Assembly (NCBI GenBank): GCA_951406725.2 | Contig: OX597830.1 | Coordinates: 18,104,001 to 18,168,000, forward strand | Reading direction: 5' to 3' | Length of the DNA stretch: 64,000 nucleotides | DNA from: Octopus vulgaris | Taxonomy: Eukaryota | In this document: positions 40,604 through 54,529 of the stretch, piece after piece | Layout: each line of letters opens with the position of its first letter | Numbering within the stretch: the first letter of the stretch is position 1 | Program-made: the position numbers and the translations under genes | Notes under the pieces: model-generated | What the model was told of the DNA's origin: nothing | Databases searched by the model: none | The model's input: only the letters and a program-made list of their open reading frames with translations

Positions 40604-41189
40604 TTATATTGAAGTTTCTAACAAAGTTTGTGCTGCTGCAAGCAGGAGCCCAGTTTCAGGATTAGAAAATATTTCAACAGATTTCTTTCATCTATGCCTT
40701 GCAGAGTCTCACAGTTTGTCAAAAAGTATAATTTACACTGGCATTTAAATTGGCCATGTCTAGCCCAAATATTTTACCTTTTTATGTTCAGATCTAGTTC
40801 CTCATTCCTTACCCTAAAGGGTTAATAAGGAAGAAAAACAGAAAAACATCAATCTTCTGTTCAATTCTCCCTCCTTTACACTAACATTTGTGAGCATTGG
40901 TCCAACCTGGATTTCACCCAGTGTGTCCTGCTAACACACCACCAGGAAAACCTCTATACTAGCTTGTGAGACAGACTCAGTATGAACCAGCAACAGGGTG
41001 TCTACATGTTTAATCAGTCTACTAGAAGTAACAGCCAAATTCCCCTCAAATTAAAGCCTTCCTATCTTAAAGACACTTCATGTAAAATGTAATCCCTAGG
41101 TGTCACTAAAATTATATGATGTTCATGGATGGAATGCCTTTTGATTGTAGACCTGCTCAAATCAAAATTGACCTCAAGCTAAGCAATAA

Positions 41190-41990
41190 TTCAAGCTACC
41201 AATCTTATTCCCCTGTGAAGCCCAAATCTGTCTTTCCTCTATTTCTATCAACCTATATCCAAGCAGCACTTTATAGTCCAACTTCACTTGAAAAGGGTTT
41301 CTGTGCATATATGTATATAAACTACACCATTTGCTTTTCCATTCTCATATCTTCGACAAAGACTCCCATCTACTCTGACTCAAATCTCTTTTCCCCTCTT
41401 CACCTACTAAAACTCTACCACTTTGTGAACACTTCTCAAGTTGTTAAGCTATCTCTGTCATTTTTTTTATCAAGGACAGCTGTTTCTTTTCACGTAACCT
41501 TTGAAGTCATCATCTTTAGCGACTGTTTGATCCCTGAGAATGTTTGACTTCTGCAGAATCAAGATAATTCACATCTTCCTACCACACACATAGATCATTA
41601 AGTACTTCATGTCAGTTATTGATTCTGTTTCCTACCAGTATTTATGCCAATTATCCTTGACACTGAAAGTGCTTCAGCTTTAATCCATCCCAAGACAGCT
41701 AAACAGGTGACCAGAACAATTCTAGACATGTATCTTCACATTCCTCACACAACCAAATGCTATAACCCTGAAACCACCAGGTTGTGTTGCAGTAAATACA
41801 AGCAAACAAACACTGCTTACAGTCCCTTCTCACTAAAAATATTCTGAAGAGCAAAAAAAAATGTGTATTACACAACCTGCAAGTTCTCCCATTTCTCAAA
41901 TTGCTTAAAATCTTCTGCTTCTTTGCCAACATTCTAGGCTCCTGGGTGCTTTCATACAGTTTCCATCTGTCATATCTCTTCACAAGACAT
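41190..41990 (+). mobile_element. Very decayed CR1/Jockey-group LINE endonuclease relic
   Basis: GFCAYMYIN and GDQNN-like remnants in a C/T-rich strand; fragmented. Confidence 0.4.
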
Positions 41991-42179
41991 TGATTGGCTT
42001 GAGACAATAGCAAAAGGCCCTTGATCACAATGCTGCACAGTGGGACTGAAACTAAGAGCTTCTTAACCACCCAGCCATACTTGTGACTTGAGCCATGCCT
42101 GCACTTTTGTAATTCATCTCTGAATATGAGGTTAATAGTCTAAAATTATTCATATTGATGCCTCTCAAATATTAAATAA

Positions 42180-42795
42180 TGGCTTCATATTTTGGCACCA
42201 GGCTGACAGTTTTACTGGGATGGGGTTAGTTAATTATATCAACCCTAGGCTGCTTAGTTTATTGATTCCAAAAGAATGAAAGCCAAAGTTGACCATACTG
42301 GGATTTGAACTGGAAGAAATGATTTGGCATGTTAACATTTCTGCTAGCTCACCACCTTAATAATAATGGCCTCAGATTTTGGCACAAGGCCAGCAATTTT
42401 AAGTGAGTAAGTCAATTACATCACCCCCAGTGCATGACTACTACTTATTTTATCAACCCCAGGAGTATGAAAGGGAAAATCAACCTCAGAAGAATTTGAA
42501 CTTAGAACATAAAGATGGACAAAATGCTGCTAAGTATTTTTTTCCAGAGTGCTAACAATTCTTATTTCTTTACTACCCACAAAGGGCTAAACATAGAGGG
42601 GACAAACAAGAACAAACAAAGGGATTAAGTCGATTACATCGACCCCAGTGCCTAACTGGTACTTAATTTATCGACCCTGAAAGGATGAAAGGCAAAGTCG
42701 ACCTCGGCGGAACTTGAACTCAGAACGTAGCGACAGACGAAATACGGCTACACATTTTACCCGGCGTGCTAACGTTTCTGCCAGCTCTCCGCCTA
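42180..42795 (-). mobile_element. Cluster of three family B SINEs
   Basis: Repeated Nin-like domain (aaggatgaaaggcaaagtcgacctcggcgg). Confidence 0.8.
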
Positions 42796-44422
42796 CCAAT
42801 TCTGCCAGCTGAAATAGGTTTATTTAGTCAAAACCATAAGGTCGAATATCACAGATGAATTTCATTATCTTCCAGATTGTGTTTCAGTTTGTGCACTATA
42901 AACAAAATTTGAGTAGAAATTAACTTCAAAATTATCTACTTTTGTCTACATGATTGCTTTGAGAGATTAAGGTGTTGCACTATTGTTCAAATGTGTGTTC
43001 ATTCGAATTTTACAATGACAGCCATTGCATTCATCTCCCTGGAGGAAACAACACGTAACAGAGTTTATCTTACTGTGACTGACATGTTTTACTCGTCCTA
43101 CATGGTTTAATGATTAGCTGTAAAAATGGAAGAACTTCTAATTATTGGAAAAAAAAAAGCAACTTTTTTACCAAAATGTAAAATTTCCCAAGTGAGTTAA
43201 AACAGTAAAACAAAAAGAAAAGAAAAATTCTATATTTCATAAATTGGAAATAGAAAAGTTATGGCTATTTATCAGGGAGCTTAAATAATTAGGATATCTG
43301 TCACAGAATTTTAGTAACATAGGTGCAGGCATGGTTGTGTGATTAAGAATGTTGCTTTACGACCGTGTAGGTTTGGGTTCAGTCCTACTGCACAGCATTT
43401 TGGGCAAGTGTTTTCTTATAGCTTTAGGTTAACCTGTGTGTAGAAGCCCATTGTATGTGTGTGTATGTGTGTGTTCTCCCCACCATAACTTGACAATCCG
43501 GTGTTGATTTCCTTATGTCCCTGTAACATAGCAGTTCAGTAAAAGAGACTGATAAAATAAGTGTCCGACTTTATAAAAATTTCTGGGGTCAATTTTTTTC
43601 AACAAAAGACTTCTCAAGGTGCTGCTCCACCATAGCTGCAGTCCAGTGACTGAAACAGATAAAAGATAAGATATAATTTATACTCTTGATCTTGTTTAGC
43701 CCCAGATCAGCCCTGATCAAGTATGATCTATGATCAAAAAAATTCTAGCTATGACCATAGAACTACATTATCCAATGTGGAGTTTGTTTGTTTTTTTTAC
43801 ATGATAAGGTGTAGTTTGAATAAGATTTGGTTGTTATTTCTGGCAGATCAAGCCACTACAAGGTCCTTGTCTTTTGCAGTCACTCTCATATTGGTGTGAC
43901 CGATATGAACATATATAAGGAAATGCTTGTAAGATATAACTGAAAGGTGGGGGGGAAACACTGCAATATGATGCTCTTGACTGCATAGCAGTGAAAACGA
44001 ATTCATTTAAGTATAACAGTTGAAATCAAACAAGAACCTTGTAGCTACAATACAGCTGTAAAAAAAATTTCAGCTGCTGCAGGATGTTATGAAAGTCAAA
44101 AAGAATCCAGCAAAGAATAAGCAAGCTATTCTTACTGCAGTATTGCATTCAAAGAAGTTTCGCAAGAGCCATGTATTTCATTGATAGCTATTTGATTCAC
44201 TATTTGATATGGTTGTGTGGTTAAGAAGCTCGCTTTTGCAACCAGAGGTTTTGCAGTTCAGTCCTACTGCATAACATCTCAGGCAAGTGTCGTCTACTAT
44301 AGCCCTGGGCTGACCAATGCCTTATAAGGGAATTTGGTTGATGGAAGCTGTGTGGAAGCCCATTGTGTGTGTGTGTGTACAGATGTGTATATATATGTGT
44401 GTGTGTGTGTGTCCCTCCACCA

Positions 44423-44614
44423 ATTTTATTCATTAGATTGGCCATAAAGGCCTTACAAGGAAAGGAAACTGCGGACTGGACGAAGACAATGAAATGAAAT
44501 GATAAATGATATGATAATAATGAGGGCAACAAGCAACGCCTGCCGATTGCCGTTTACCCGAGCACATTGTTCTTTATAAATACAATATTTGAGGCAACAA
44601 ACCTCTTACATTCA
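44423..44614 (-). mobile_element. Short 3' end of a non-LTR retroelement inserted into a SINE
   Basis: 10-bp TSD ccctccacca (44413-44422, 44615-44624); minus strand ends in AATAAA and carries an ORF end ...FIKNNVLG*. Confidence 0.7.
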
Positions 44615-46346
44615 CCCTCCACCACTTGATAACTGGTGTTTGTTTGTTTATGTCCCTGTATCTAGCGGTTTCATAAATGAGACAGATAGATTAATACCAG
44701 ACTTAAAAATACATACTGGGGGGTCATTTGTTCAACTAAACTCCTCAAGGTGGTGCCCCACCATGGCTGCAGTCCAATGACTGGAACATGCGCAAGATAA
44801 AGTACCGTTATTTCTTTACACTGTTACTGGTTTTAGTCCCTGGACAGTGGCCATGCTGGAGCACCACTTTTATAATCCGCTGTTCATTTTATGGATTGGT
44901 ACTTATTCTGTTGGCCTTGGGAGGAAGAAAGTCAACATAGACCTGTGTGTGATCTGAACTCATAGCATAAAGGAGGGATGGAATTTGATATCTCAAGATA
45001 CTTTTTATTCAATGCTACAATTTGTTAAAGTAATGTTTGTTTGCAGCTGTTATGTTTTGTTTTTGTTTTTTAAATTCCAAAATGTCTTTGAATTGCATCA
45101 TCCAGAGTCAGGGGGTTTATCTAATTCTCTGATTGAATGTAGCTTAATTTTTTTTTTTTTAAGTTCAGTTATCCTGCTTTATCATCACCATCAAAACCAT
45201 TACCACCATTGTCACAACCATCTCCATCACCAACATTTCTATCATCATCAACACCATCATCATTTGTGTAGTAAATAAGGTTATCAAGCTTCCTCTTTTT
45301 TTTTTTCTTTTTCTTTCTTCTTGTCTTTTATAAGAGAAAATAAAATTTCACTTTGGAAATTGCAAAAAAAAAAAAAAGAAGGAAACAAAAGATAAAATTG
45401 ATACTAGATTTTCTTTACTTTTAAAGGTTTTTCTTTATTTTTATTTTTATCATATTCATCAAAATAAAATGGTAAAGGAAAAACACTTCAGAAATATTTT
45501 CTTTCAGTCTGCAACAAAAAAAAAAAAAAAGAAAAATCTTTTTTCTAAATGCATTATTATTATTTGCATAATATTTTGTTTCAGTTTTAAAAAAAAGAAC
45601 ACGTTGGTTATATTCTAAATTCAATAGGATTGAATTGAAAACTGGCAATGAATAATACTTAGAAAGGAGTCTTTGAGTACTTGAGTTCAAGCAAGAAGAC
45701 ACCAAAAGATTCTTCTTTCTCTTTCCTTTAACTTTCTTTCTCTCTTCTCTCTTTCTCTCCTTTCTCTTTCTCACTTCTAAACCAATATATTTCTATTAGT
45801 TTCTTCTGCCATTATATTGACATTTATTTATTTCCCCTACATAACAGTGAAGAAGTCAGGAAGTGGTAACTGTAGTAGTAGTAGTATTAGTAATAGTAGT
45901 AGTTGGTGGTGGTGGTATCAGCGGTGCTGTTTATTTGTTAATAGCAATTTTTTTCCCCCATTTCTCTTGTATGAAGTATTCATACTGTGAATGATGTCAT
46001 CCTACAAACGACAGCAGAAGAACACGTCCAACACAGCATACTGCTAGTGTAGGACCATTTGTGGAAGCCCCACCTAATTATTCATGCCTCTCTCTAATTA
46101 CTGGCAATGCTCTTTGGTGAGCTATTTTAGTTAGGAAAGTACAACTGTTAGTACTTAACACTTTAATTAATTAATTACACCATCCATCACTCTTTTCCTC
46201 ATTCGTTTGTTCTGTTAAATACTCCTGCACATTTTCACACTCCTAGTTAAATTAACTGATGGAAAAACAAAAATCAGATGTGATGGTCACGACTGGAATA
46301 TATTTGACAATATTCTACTGGTTCAAGGCTGATCTAGTAAGATTAA

Positions 46347-46567
46347 CCCTTTGGTGTTTAAGCCGGCCATATCCATCCCAAATATTCTACATGTTTTACA
46401 TTCAAACTGGCCATATCTAGCCTCTCACACCTAACCTACACTGACAGTCTAAGAATAAACTATCACACCATTGAAACTTCAAAGCTGTAAGATAATGTAT
46501 GATTAATTCAAAACAATTCGAGTGAAAAAAGTATTACATTTAACAGAGTAATCTGAACACTAAAGGG
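46347..46567. mobile_element. piggyBac-type MITE upstream of the tetraspanin exon
   Basis: TTAA|CCCTTTGG ... CTAAAGGG|TTAA; close reverse-complement match to 10296-10516. Confidence 0.88.
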
Positions 46568-46847
46568 TTAAGCAGCGATGAAATATCCCTCAAATAATAC
46601 TTTACTATTTTAAAAAAGGAATGTTACAGTAGATAATGTGGCCCCTAGATTTTTTTTTTCTTTTACATTGCTTAATGAGAATAGTTAAAGGCATGTTGCC
46701 TTGTAGTTGGATTGTTATTCTCATGATTGCAAGAAAAATAATAAAACAACCAACAAATGGTAAAATAGATAATACCATGATTTGATTAACAATACCTTTC
46801 TCTTTTCTGGCATTGGCTCTATATTGTTTTTCTGTTTTCTTTTTCAG

Positions 46848-47015
46848 TTGGTAGCATTCATTTTGATTGGTGTAGCAGCTTATGGAAGAGCATCTGCTGT
46901 GGTTACCAGCTTGACGTTGGTTGGTAGTATCATAGCATGTGGAGTTTTCCTGTTTCTCATTGCAATCATTGGCTTTATCGGAGCTCTACGGCATCACCAA
47001 GTCCTGCTTTTCTTT
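46848..47015 (+). CDS. TSPAN13: Internal coding exon (second half of TM1, small extracellular loop, TM2, HHQVLLFF) of a tetraspanin-13/31 (Tsp97E-like) family gene
   Basis: Translates LVAFILIGVAAYGRASAVVTSLTLVGSIIACGVFLFLIAIIGFIGALRHHQVLLFF, which matches the TSPAN13/31 signature (GxFLFLIAxxGxIGAxxHHQVLLFF). Strong pyrimidine-rich acceptor ttttctgttttctttttcag ends at 46847 and a GT donor starts at 47016; 168 nt, phase 0/0. TSPAN13 versus TSPAN31 cannot be distinguished. Confidence 0.93.
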
Positions 47016-47024
47016 GTATCCTTT
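47016..47024 (+). other. U12-type (minor spliceosome) 5' splice site GTATCCTTT
   Basis: Exact match to the /RTATCCTTT consensus immediately after the LLFF codons, where protein similarity stops. Confidence 0.9.
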
Positions 47025-47109
47025 CACTTGGCATGTCTCACACATGCGCAAACATACAAAGCATGTTTGTTTTTTGTTGTTTTTTTTGGGTTTTTTTAAA
47101 ATACTTTAA

Positions 47110-47285
47110 CCCTTTAGCATTTAAACCAGTCTGATCAGGCCTCTCACACCTATCCTACAATATCAGTCCGAAAATAACCAATCACATTATTGTAATATTC
47201 AAGCTACAAAATAATATATGATTAATTAAAAATAATGTGAATGAATAAGCATTACAATTGACTGAGTAATCTGAATGCTAAAGGG
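47110..47285. mobile_element. piggyBac-type MITE (internally deleted) downstream of the exon
   Basis: TTAA|CCCTTTAG ... CTAAAGGG|TTGA. Confidence 0.8.
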
Positions 47286-47692
47286 TTGAAATTTCTTTTT
47301 CAGAAGTTAAAAATGGGAATTGATGGTTCCGAATCTATTTATGGCTGTACCCTAAACGATTTGAATGATATTGAAACTTACTTTATCCATCTAGTTATTC
47401 CAATTATTAGACATATTTTAGAACTTTTCCACAATACTAGCATGATATGAACAGTTTTGACAAATTTTCTTTTTTGTATATTTTGGATCAAATAATTTTG
47501 CAACCAGACTAATTTTTTACAGTTAAGAGTAAAATATGAGTGATACTGGATGTTCAACTAGTTAGGCTGAGGCAAGCCAGGTTATCTATTTCACACACAA
47601 AAGCACAATATGATCTGAACTTATTTGGTCAGTAATCCCGTACATTCAGAGTAATTGTACTTTTTTATTTTCCATATCAGTATCTGTTATTA

Positions 47693-47856
47693 AGGTGCAG
47701 GCATGGCTGTGTGGTAAGATGCTTGCTTCCTAACCACATGGTTCTGGGTTCAGTCCCACTGCATAGCACCCTGGGCAAGTGTCTTCTGCTATATCCTCGG
47801 GCCAGCCAAAGCCTTATGAGTGGACTTAGAAAACAGAACCTGAAAGAACCCTGTCT

Positions 47857-47888
<32 letters not shown>

Positions 47889-48915
47889 GCAGGAGTGGCT
47901 GTGTAGTAAGTAGCTTGCTTACCAACGACATGGTTCCGGGTTCAGTCCCACTGTGTGGCACCTTGGGCAAATGTCTTCTACTATAGCCTCGGGCTGACCA
48001 AAGCCTTGTGAATGGATTTGATAGACGGAAACTAAAAGAAGCTCGTCATACATATATTTATTTATGTATGTATTTATGTGTATGTGTTTGTGTGTCTGTG
48101 TTTGTCCCCCCAACATCACTTGACAACTGATGTTGGTGTGTTTATATCCCCCGTAACTTAGCGGCTCAGCAAAAGAGATCAATAGAATAAGTACTAGGCT
48201 TACAAAGAATAAGTCCTGGGGTCGATTTGTTTGACTAAAAATGGTGCCCCAGCATGGCTGCAGTCAAATGGCTGAAACAAAAAGAATGAAAAAAAGAATA
48301 TATATCTTGGTGTCTGTGTCTGTGCCCCACTACTGCTTGGCAACTAGTGTTTCTGTGTTTACAAACTCATTACTTAGCAGTTCAGCAGGAGAGACCAATA
48401 GAATAAGTACCAGGCTTAACATATTCAAGTACTGAGGTCAATTCATTTGACTAAAATCTCTTCACGATGGTGCTCTAGCATGGCCGCAGTCTAATGACTG
48501 AAACAGGTAAAAGACAAAAGATAAATGGTAATTATTAGGAGTGGCTGTGTGGTAAGTAGCTTGCTAACCAACCACATGGTTCTGGGTTCAGTCCCACTGC
48601 GTGGCATCTTGGGCAAGTGTCTTCTGCTATAGCCCCGGGCCGACCAATGCCTTGTGAGTGGATTTGGTAGACGGAAACTGAAAGAAGCCTGTCGTATATA
48701 TGTATATATATATATATGTGTGTGTGTGTATGTGTTTGTGTGTCTGTGTTTGTCCCCCTGGTGTGTTTACGTTCCCGTAACTTAGCGGTTCGGCAAAAGA
48801 GACCGATAGAATAAGTAGTGGGCTTACAAAGAATAAGTCCCGGGGTCGATTTGCTCGACTAAAAGGCGGTGCTGCAGCATGGCCGCAGTCAAACGACTGA
48901 AACAAGTAAAAGAGA
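47693..48915 (+). mobile_element. Cluster of three nested or tandem family A SINEs
   Basis: Heads at about 47693, 47890 and 48537; the first copy's tail resumes at about 48310 after the nested copy. Confidence 0.85.
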
Positions 48916-49354
48916 AAAAAAAAAATTAAATGAGTGGTGATGGTGGAGTGTCAGATACAGTAAAATATCAGACTAATATATTGTAGTATTTAGATCAGTA
49001 ATAGTGTGTGTATCAAAGAGTTGGTATTAGTAGAATAATCATCATCATCATTATTTAACATCCATTTTCCATACTGGCATGGGTTGAATGGTTTGACAGG
49101 AGCTGGTCAGCTGGAGATCTGCCTGGGGTCCATGTCTGTGTTGATATGGTTTCTACAGGTGGATGCCCTTCCGAACACCAACCACTTTACAGAATGTCCT
49201 TGGTGTTTTTATGCAGCACTGGCAAGGGTGCTTTCACAGGTCACTGGCATGGGTACTTTTTATGTGGCACCGGGCACCCACAATCCTGCAAGATTAGGAA
49301 CACTCAGCTGAAGAGGAATGCAGGGGACATGCTGTATGCAAGAACAACCATTCT

Positions 49355-49745
49355 TTGGCAGAAACGTTAGCACACCAGGCTGAAATGCGTAGCCATATTT
49401 CATCTGCTGTTACGTTCTGAGTTCAAATTACGCCGAGGTCGACTTTGCCTTTCATCCTTTCGGATGTCGATAAATTAAATACCAGTTATGCACTGGGGTC
49501 GATGTAATCGACTTAATCCATTTGTCTGTCCTCTCTGTGTTTAGCCCCTTGTGGGTAGTAAAGAAATAGGTATTTTGTCTGCCACTACATTCTGAGTTCA
49601 AATTCCGCTGAGGTCGACTTTGCCTTTCATCCTTTCGGGGTCGATCAAATGAGTACCAGCTAAGCACTGAGGTCAATGTAATCGACTTAATCCATTCGTC
49701 TGTCCTTGTTTGTCCCCTCTGAATTTAGCCCCCTGTGGGTAGTTG
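49355..49745 (+). mobile_element. Tandem family B SINE dimer
   Basis: Two consecutive ttctgagttcaaatt..gaggtcgactttgcctttcatcc..tttagcccc units. Confidence 0.85.
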
Positions 49746-50700
49746 AAAATAAACTTTTACTTGACGTGTTTTCTCAAGCACAGCAAACCACCATAGGTCT
49801 CGGTCCCCTACAGTATTTAGCATGGTGGTAGTACTGCTGCTGTTACTATTAGCATAAAAAATAGTTGAATATCAGACTACAGTATTTAAAATACTGTTAC
49901 GGTCAACTTGACCGTTTTCCTTACAGAATCAATAAAACAGGTACAAGTGCATATGTGTGTGTATCCTTGCTTTGATACTATGTGATAGTTGTAAAATGAT
50001 TGTAACTCTCAAACAAACAGTGTCATTTATTTCCAGTATCCTACAAGAACATGTCAGGCTATCGGGGAATATTACCTGGTGAGGTAACACCAGATGAGGT
50101 CTGGTGACAGGTAGGGCATACAGCCATAGAAAATCTGCTTCAATAAACTCCGTCCAGCCTATGTAAGCATGGAAAAGTGGACATTAAAAGGATGATGATC
50201 ATCATCATATATTCATGTGTGTGTGTGTGCATGTGTAGAAACATAGCAAAAATTACACAAAAACAAATTCCAAACAAGTTTATTTGAAAATAAAATCATT
50301 TTATAGGTGTGTGAGGGAAATTTATCAAGGTTTAATGCCTTACTGAATGCGTTTAATGTTTCTTTTCTTCTACCCCTACCTTCACCCATTTGTTGGTCTA
50401 AGGAGAATAGGAAGTAGTTACGATCTTCTGAGAACCGTTTTCCTAATCTGAAGGACCAGGATATTTGTATGACAGTAAGGTTAATGTTTCACTGATGTTG
50501 CTACAAGTTTATAAATAATAGGGCAGAGATGGAGTTTCAGAGAGATGTGCTTGGGGGATGAAGAGAAGTATAGAGCAAAGTATTTAATATAGGGAATGAA
50601 TTATACAGGATTTATAGTAGAGATAAAGTATGTGAGGTGTTATAGAATTAATTTAGAGTGCAGTATATATTTAATACAGGGTATTCAATATAGATTTTGT

Positions 50701-51015
50701 GGAAGTACATGGCCTAGTGGTTAGAGTAGCGGACTCGTGGTTGAGATATTGCAGGTTCGAATCTCAGACCGGGCGATGTGTGTGTTTATGAGCGAAACAC
50801 CTAAGCTCCACACGGCTCCGGCAGAAGGTAATGGCGAACTTCTGCTGACTCTTTCGCCACAACTTTCTCTCACTCTTTCCTCCTGCATCTTGTAGCTCGC
50901 CTGTGACGGACCGGCATCCCGTCCAGGTGGGGAACCTATGTGCCAAGGAAACCAGGAAACCTGCCCTTATGAGCCAGGCATGGCTCGAGAAGGAACAAAC
51001 AAAAAAAAAAAAACA
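50701..51015 (+). mobile_element. tRNA-derived (Arg-like) SINE, full length
   Basis: A box tggcctagtgg, B box ggttcgaatct, A-rich tail; TSD attcaatatagattt at 50683-50697 and 51016-51030. Confidence 0.88.
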
Positions 51016-52305
51016 ATTCAATATAGATTTAGTATAGGCTGCATGTTATAGAATTAATTTAGAATACATAACATATTTGGTATACAGTATTTAATATAGA
51101 TTTAGTACAGGGTGCGTGTTGTAGAATTATTATAGGGTACATAACATATATTTAGTATAGTATACGTATAGTATAGATTAAATATAAAGTTTCTCATCAT
51201 CATTGAGTCAGGTTTGGATTCACAAGCATCTGACCCTTTTCTCATCTCTGTCTTGCATGACATGTGACAGTTTTCTTCTTTTTTTTTTCCTTTTTTTTTT
51301 TGAAATATCCAATGTCATCTGTTAACCAATCATTTTATGTTTTCAGAGTGACCGTTGAGCTTTCAAAATATTGTAATTATTTAATTATAGGATGTGTGGT
51401 ATGGATATATATATATATATATATAATGTATAGTAGTGTAGATGACGTATGGATTATATATATATACATATATATTATGTATAGTAGTGTAGATGACGTA
51501 TAGGTTAGATATATGGTTTAGTACAAGTTGAGAAACTGGGGGCTGTGATGAAGGAAAGGAAGTAATAAATAGCAGATTTTTGACTCAGGATGTGGAAGAG
51601 AAGGGGATTAAGATATAGTTGGTTTAGTAAAAATGTATTGTGTGGAGTCAGTTCAGAATGGTATGTCTGTATTGACAGTAATGTAAGAGGCAGTGAGTGA
51701 AAGAGAGCAACATGTGGTTATGCAGTGGCCTTGTCGAAGTTTGACATTATTGTTGAGCTGGTAGTTATAGAGTTATGATTTAACAGTAGAAACCTCATTG
51801 CCGTTTATTGCTCTGTGTTTTAGTATAAATTTCTCAGCTGTCTTAACAGGAGACTGTCATATGATATTCTCAAGGAAAGGCTTTCATCTATAACCGTCTT
51901 AGATTTCCTGGGCCACTAAAAGAAGTAACGTAATCAGCTAAATCAGTAATGTGCCAAGGTCAGACAAGACTGATTTTGCAAAATAAAGTCACTTCTTAGA
52001 CAATGCCATTTGTGTGGGTTTAATGCCATCTAAAACGGTCTCTGTGCTTTATGTGCAAACAGCTTGAACAATTAGGTTTCAGTTTCTTGAATTCGTTTCA
52101 GAAGAAAACAAAGAAGAGTTAATATAATTTTAGGTCTGCAAAACAGCAGAGGGCAAATTTTTGCTTACTCAAACCCACTCTCTGGTTTCAGTTTATAGTT
52201 GAAACTGCTTCACTTGCACTTGTCTCTCTGGGAAAAGCTTCAACACCACAACACCCCCATTCATTCCTCTCTATTTAAAAAAAAAAAAAAAAAATTCTGA
52301 ATAGT

Positions 52306-52466
52306 GCGCAGGAGTGGCTGTGTGGTAAGTAGCTTGTTTACCAACCACATAGTTCTGGGTTCAGTCCCACTGCGTGGCACCTTGGGCAAGTGTCTTCTAC
52401 TATAGCCTCGGGCCGACCAAAGCCTTGTGAGTGGATTTGGTAGGCGGAAACTGAAAGAAGCCCATC

Positions 52467-52521
<55 letters not shown>

Positions 52522-52676
52522 GTGTTTGTGTGTCTGTGTTTGTCCCCCTAGCATTGCTTGACAACTGATGCTGGTGTGTTTATGTCCCCGTTACTTAGCG
52601 GTTCGGCAAAAGAGACCGATAGAATAAGTACTGGGCTTACAAAAGAATAAGTCCCGGGGTCGAGTTGCTCGATTAA
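52306..52676 (+). mobile_element. SINE family A
   Basis: gcgcaggagtggctgtgtggtaag head with internal (TA)n. Confidence 0.88.
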
Positions 52677-53389
52677 AATCACCTAACTATACATCTAGCT
52701 GCCCAGTTATGTCCTACAAAAACAACCAAACGAATTCTATATAGTTGTTAGTCCTGTTCAAAGCATTATTATATCTCTCAAACTTTCAGCTATATATATT
52801 TATTTTCTGTTTTTTCAAAATCGTAACTCTTAGCAAAACTCATCCACTTTAAAGACAGACATAACTAAAGATGCCAATTGAAAGTTAAGATCAGCTGCTA
52901 CAAGCCACAGATCTGCTCAAACAAAGCTGGCAAGGGCCTTGGTAATCAATAAAATTATGGTAAATTGATTTTATGTTACCATTAATAGAAATAGCAAATT
53001 GATTAGCTATGTATTGCAATCCAACTACAATACGGGAAAAATCAAAACAAATAAGGCTTTAGAATTTATTACATATAATGCTCTTCGTTCTTCTAGAGTC
53101 AATAAAATAAAGTACCAGTCATGTAGTGGGGTTGGTATAACTGACCATTTCCAATTTCAGATCTTGTGTCTATGTCAAAAACAGTTATAATAGTCTTTTA
53201 CTGATTTCAGTTATTGGATTACGAGCAAACTGAATCATCACCTTTGAAGTTTTTTCTTGTCTCTTGCATTGATTCCAGTACTTGCTTTAGTCTAGTTACT
53301 TATTTTATCACCTTCTGTTTAAGAAATCGTTAAGTTATATATTGATATAAAAAGATGCAACACAATTTAATACATTTTGTACTGATGAA

Positions 53390-53713
53390 TACTGGCTTCT
53401 GTGCCGGTGGCACATAAAAAAGCACCATCCGAACGTGGCCGATGCCAGCGCCGCCTTGGCTGGCTTCCGTGCCGGTGGCACGTTAAAAGCACCAACCTAT
53501 CGTGGCCGATGCCAGACTCCCCTGGCACCTGTGCAAGTGGCACGTAAAAAACACCCACTACACTCGCGGAGTGGTTGGCGTTCGGAAGGGAATCCAGCTG
53601 TAGAAACACTGCCAGATCAGACTGGAGCCTGGTGCAGCCCCTGGCTTCCCAGACCACGGTCGAACCGTCCAACCCGTGCTAGCGCGGAAAATGGAAGTTA
53701 AACGATGATGATG
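53390..53713 (+). mobile_element. RTE-family 3' UTR copy
   Basis: gtggttggcgttcggaagggaatccagctgtagaaac ... gatgatgatg tail. Confidence 0.75.
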
Positions 53714-54529
53714 AATATAAACATGTGTGTGTGTATGTGTTCGTGTGTGTGCAACTTCGGCTGTAAACCTCTTTTGTTTTTAACTGTGACATGCTGCAGT
53801 TAACCCACTATGTAATTTCTAATGAAAGTGGCATTTTTATTAGCAAAAAAGTTTATGGTACTTATTCTTCAGGTGAGTCTTTAATTAATTGCATTTTCGT
53901 TATATGAATGAATCTTTTAATTAATAAATTAATTGCTCATGGCAATACAAAAGTCTACTTAAGATATAAAAAGAGCTTTAGAAATGTATGGATGTATTTC
54001 ATATGTTTTTGTTTCAGTAAAAGTAGGATGGTGATATTTTTTTTTTCCTCTTGTACATTTGAATCTTTGAATATTACTTAGAGCAGTTCTTATTGATTTT
54101 TCTTACTTTCTTTTTTTTTTCTTTCTTTTTTTTTTCTGGTAGCTGTATTTCATTTTATTGTTTGCTACTCTTCTTCAAAATAAGACTGGAAACTTGTCTG
54201 TCAGGTAGATTGAGGCGATAAACTTCTTTATGTTCCTCATCAAAGAATTTGGCCAAATGGATTGATAAAATTTGAGCACCATAACCATGCAGTTCAGTCA
54301 TCTGGCAACAGATTCCCAGTCATTCTGTGTTCAAATTATACTGTAACAATTTCTTATTGTTGAAAGTATAAAGAAAAAATGTATTTTTCTGCCACCATCA
54401 CTTATTGGTTTGTGTGATATAACAGAAATCTACCTTCAACATTTCTAGTAAATGCACACCCGAAGAAGACTGCACTTTTTGCCTCAGCCAACAAGGGTGC
54501 TTTTATATGTCTGCTCAAGTTGCTCCAAA

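Noticed and set aside
50701-50775. tRNA-Arg gene
   Set aside because: The tRNA-like part is the head of a TSD-flanked SINE; the acceptor stem and terminator are absent.
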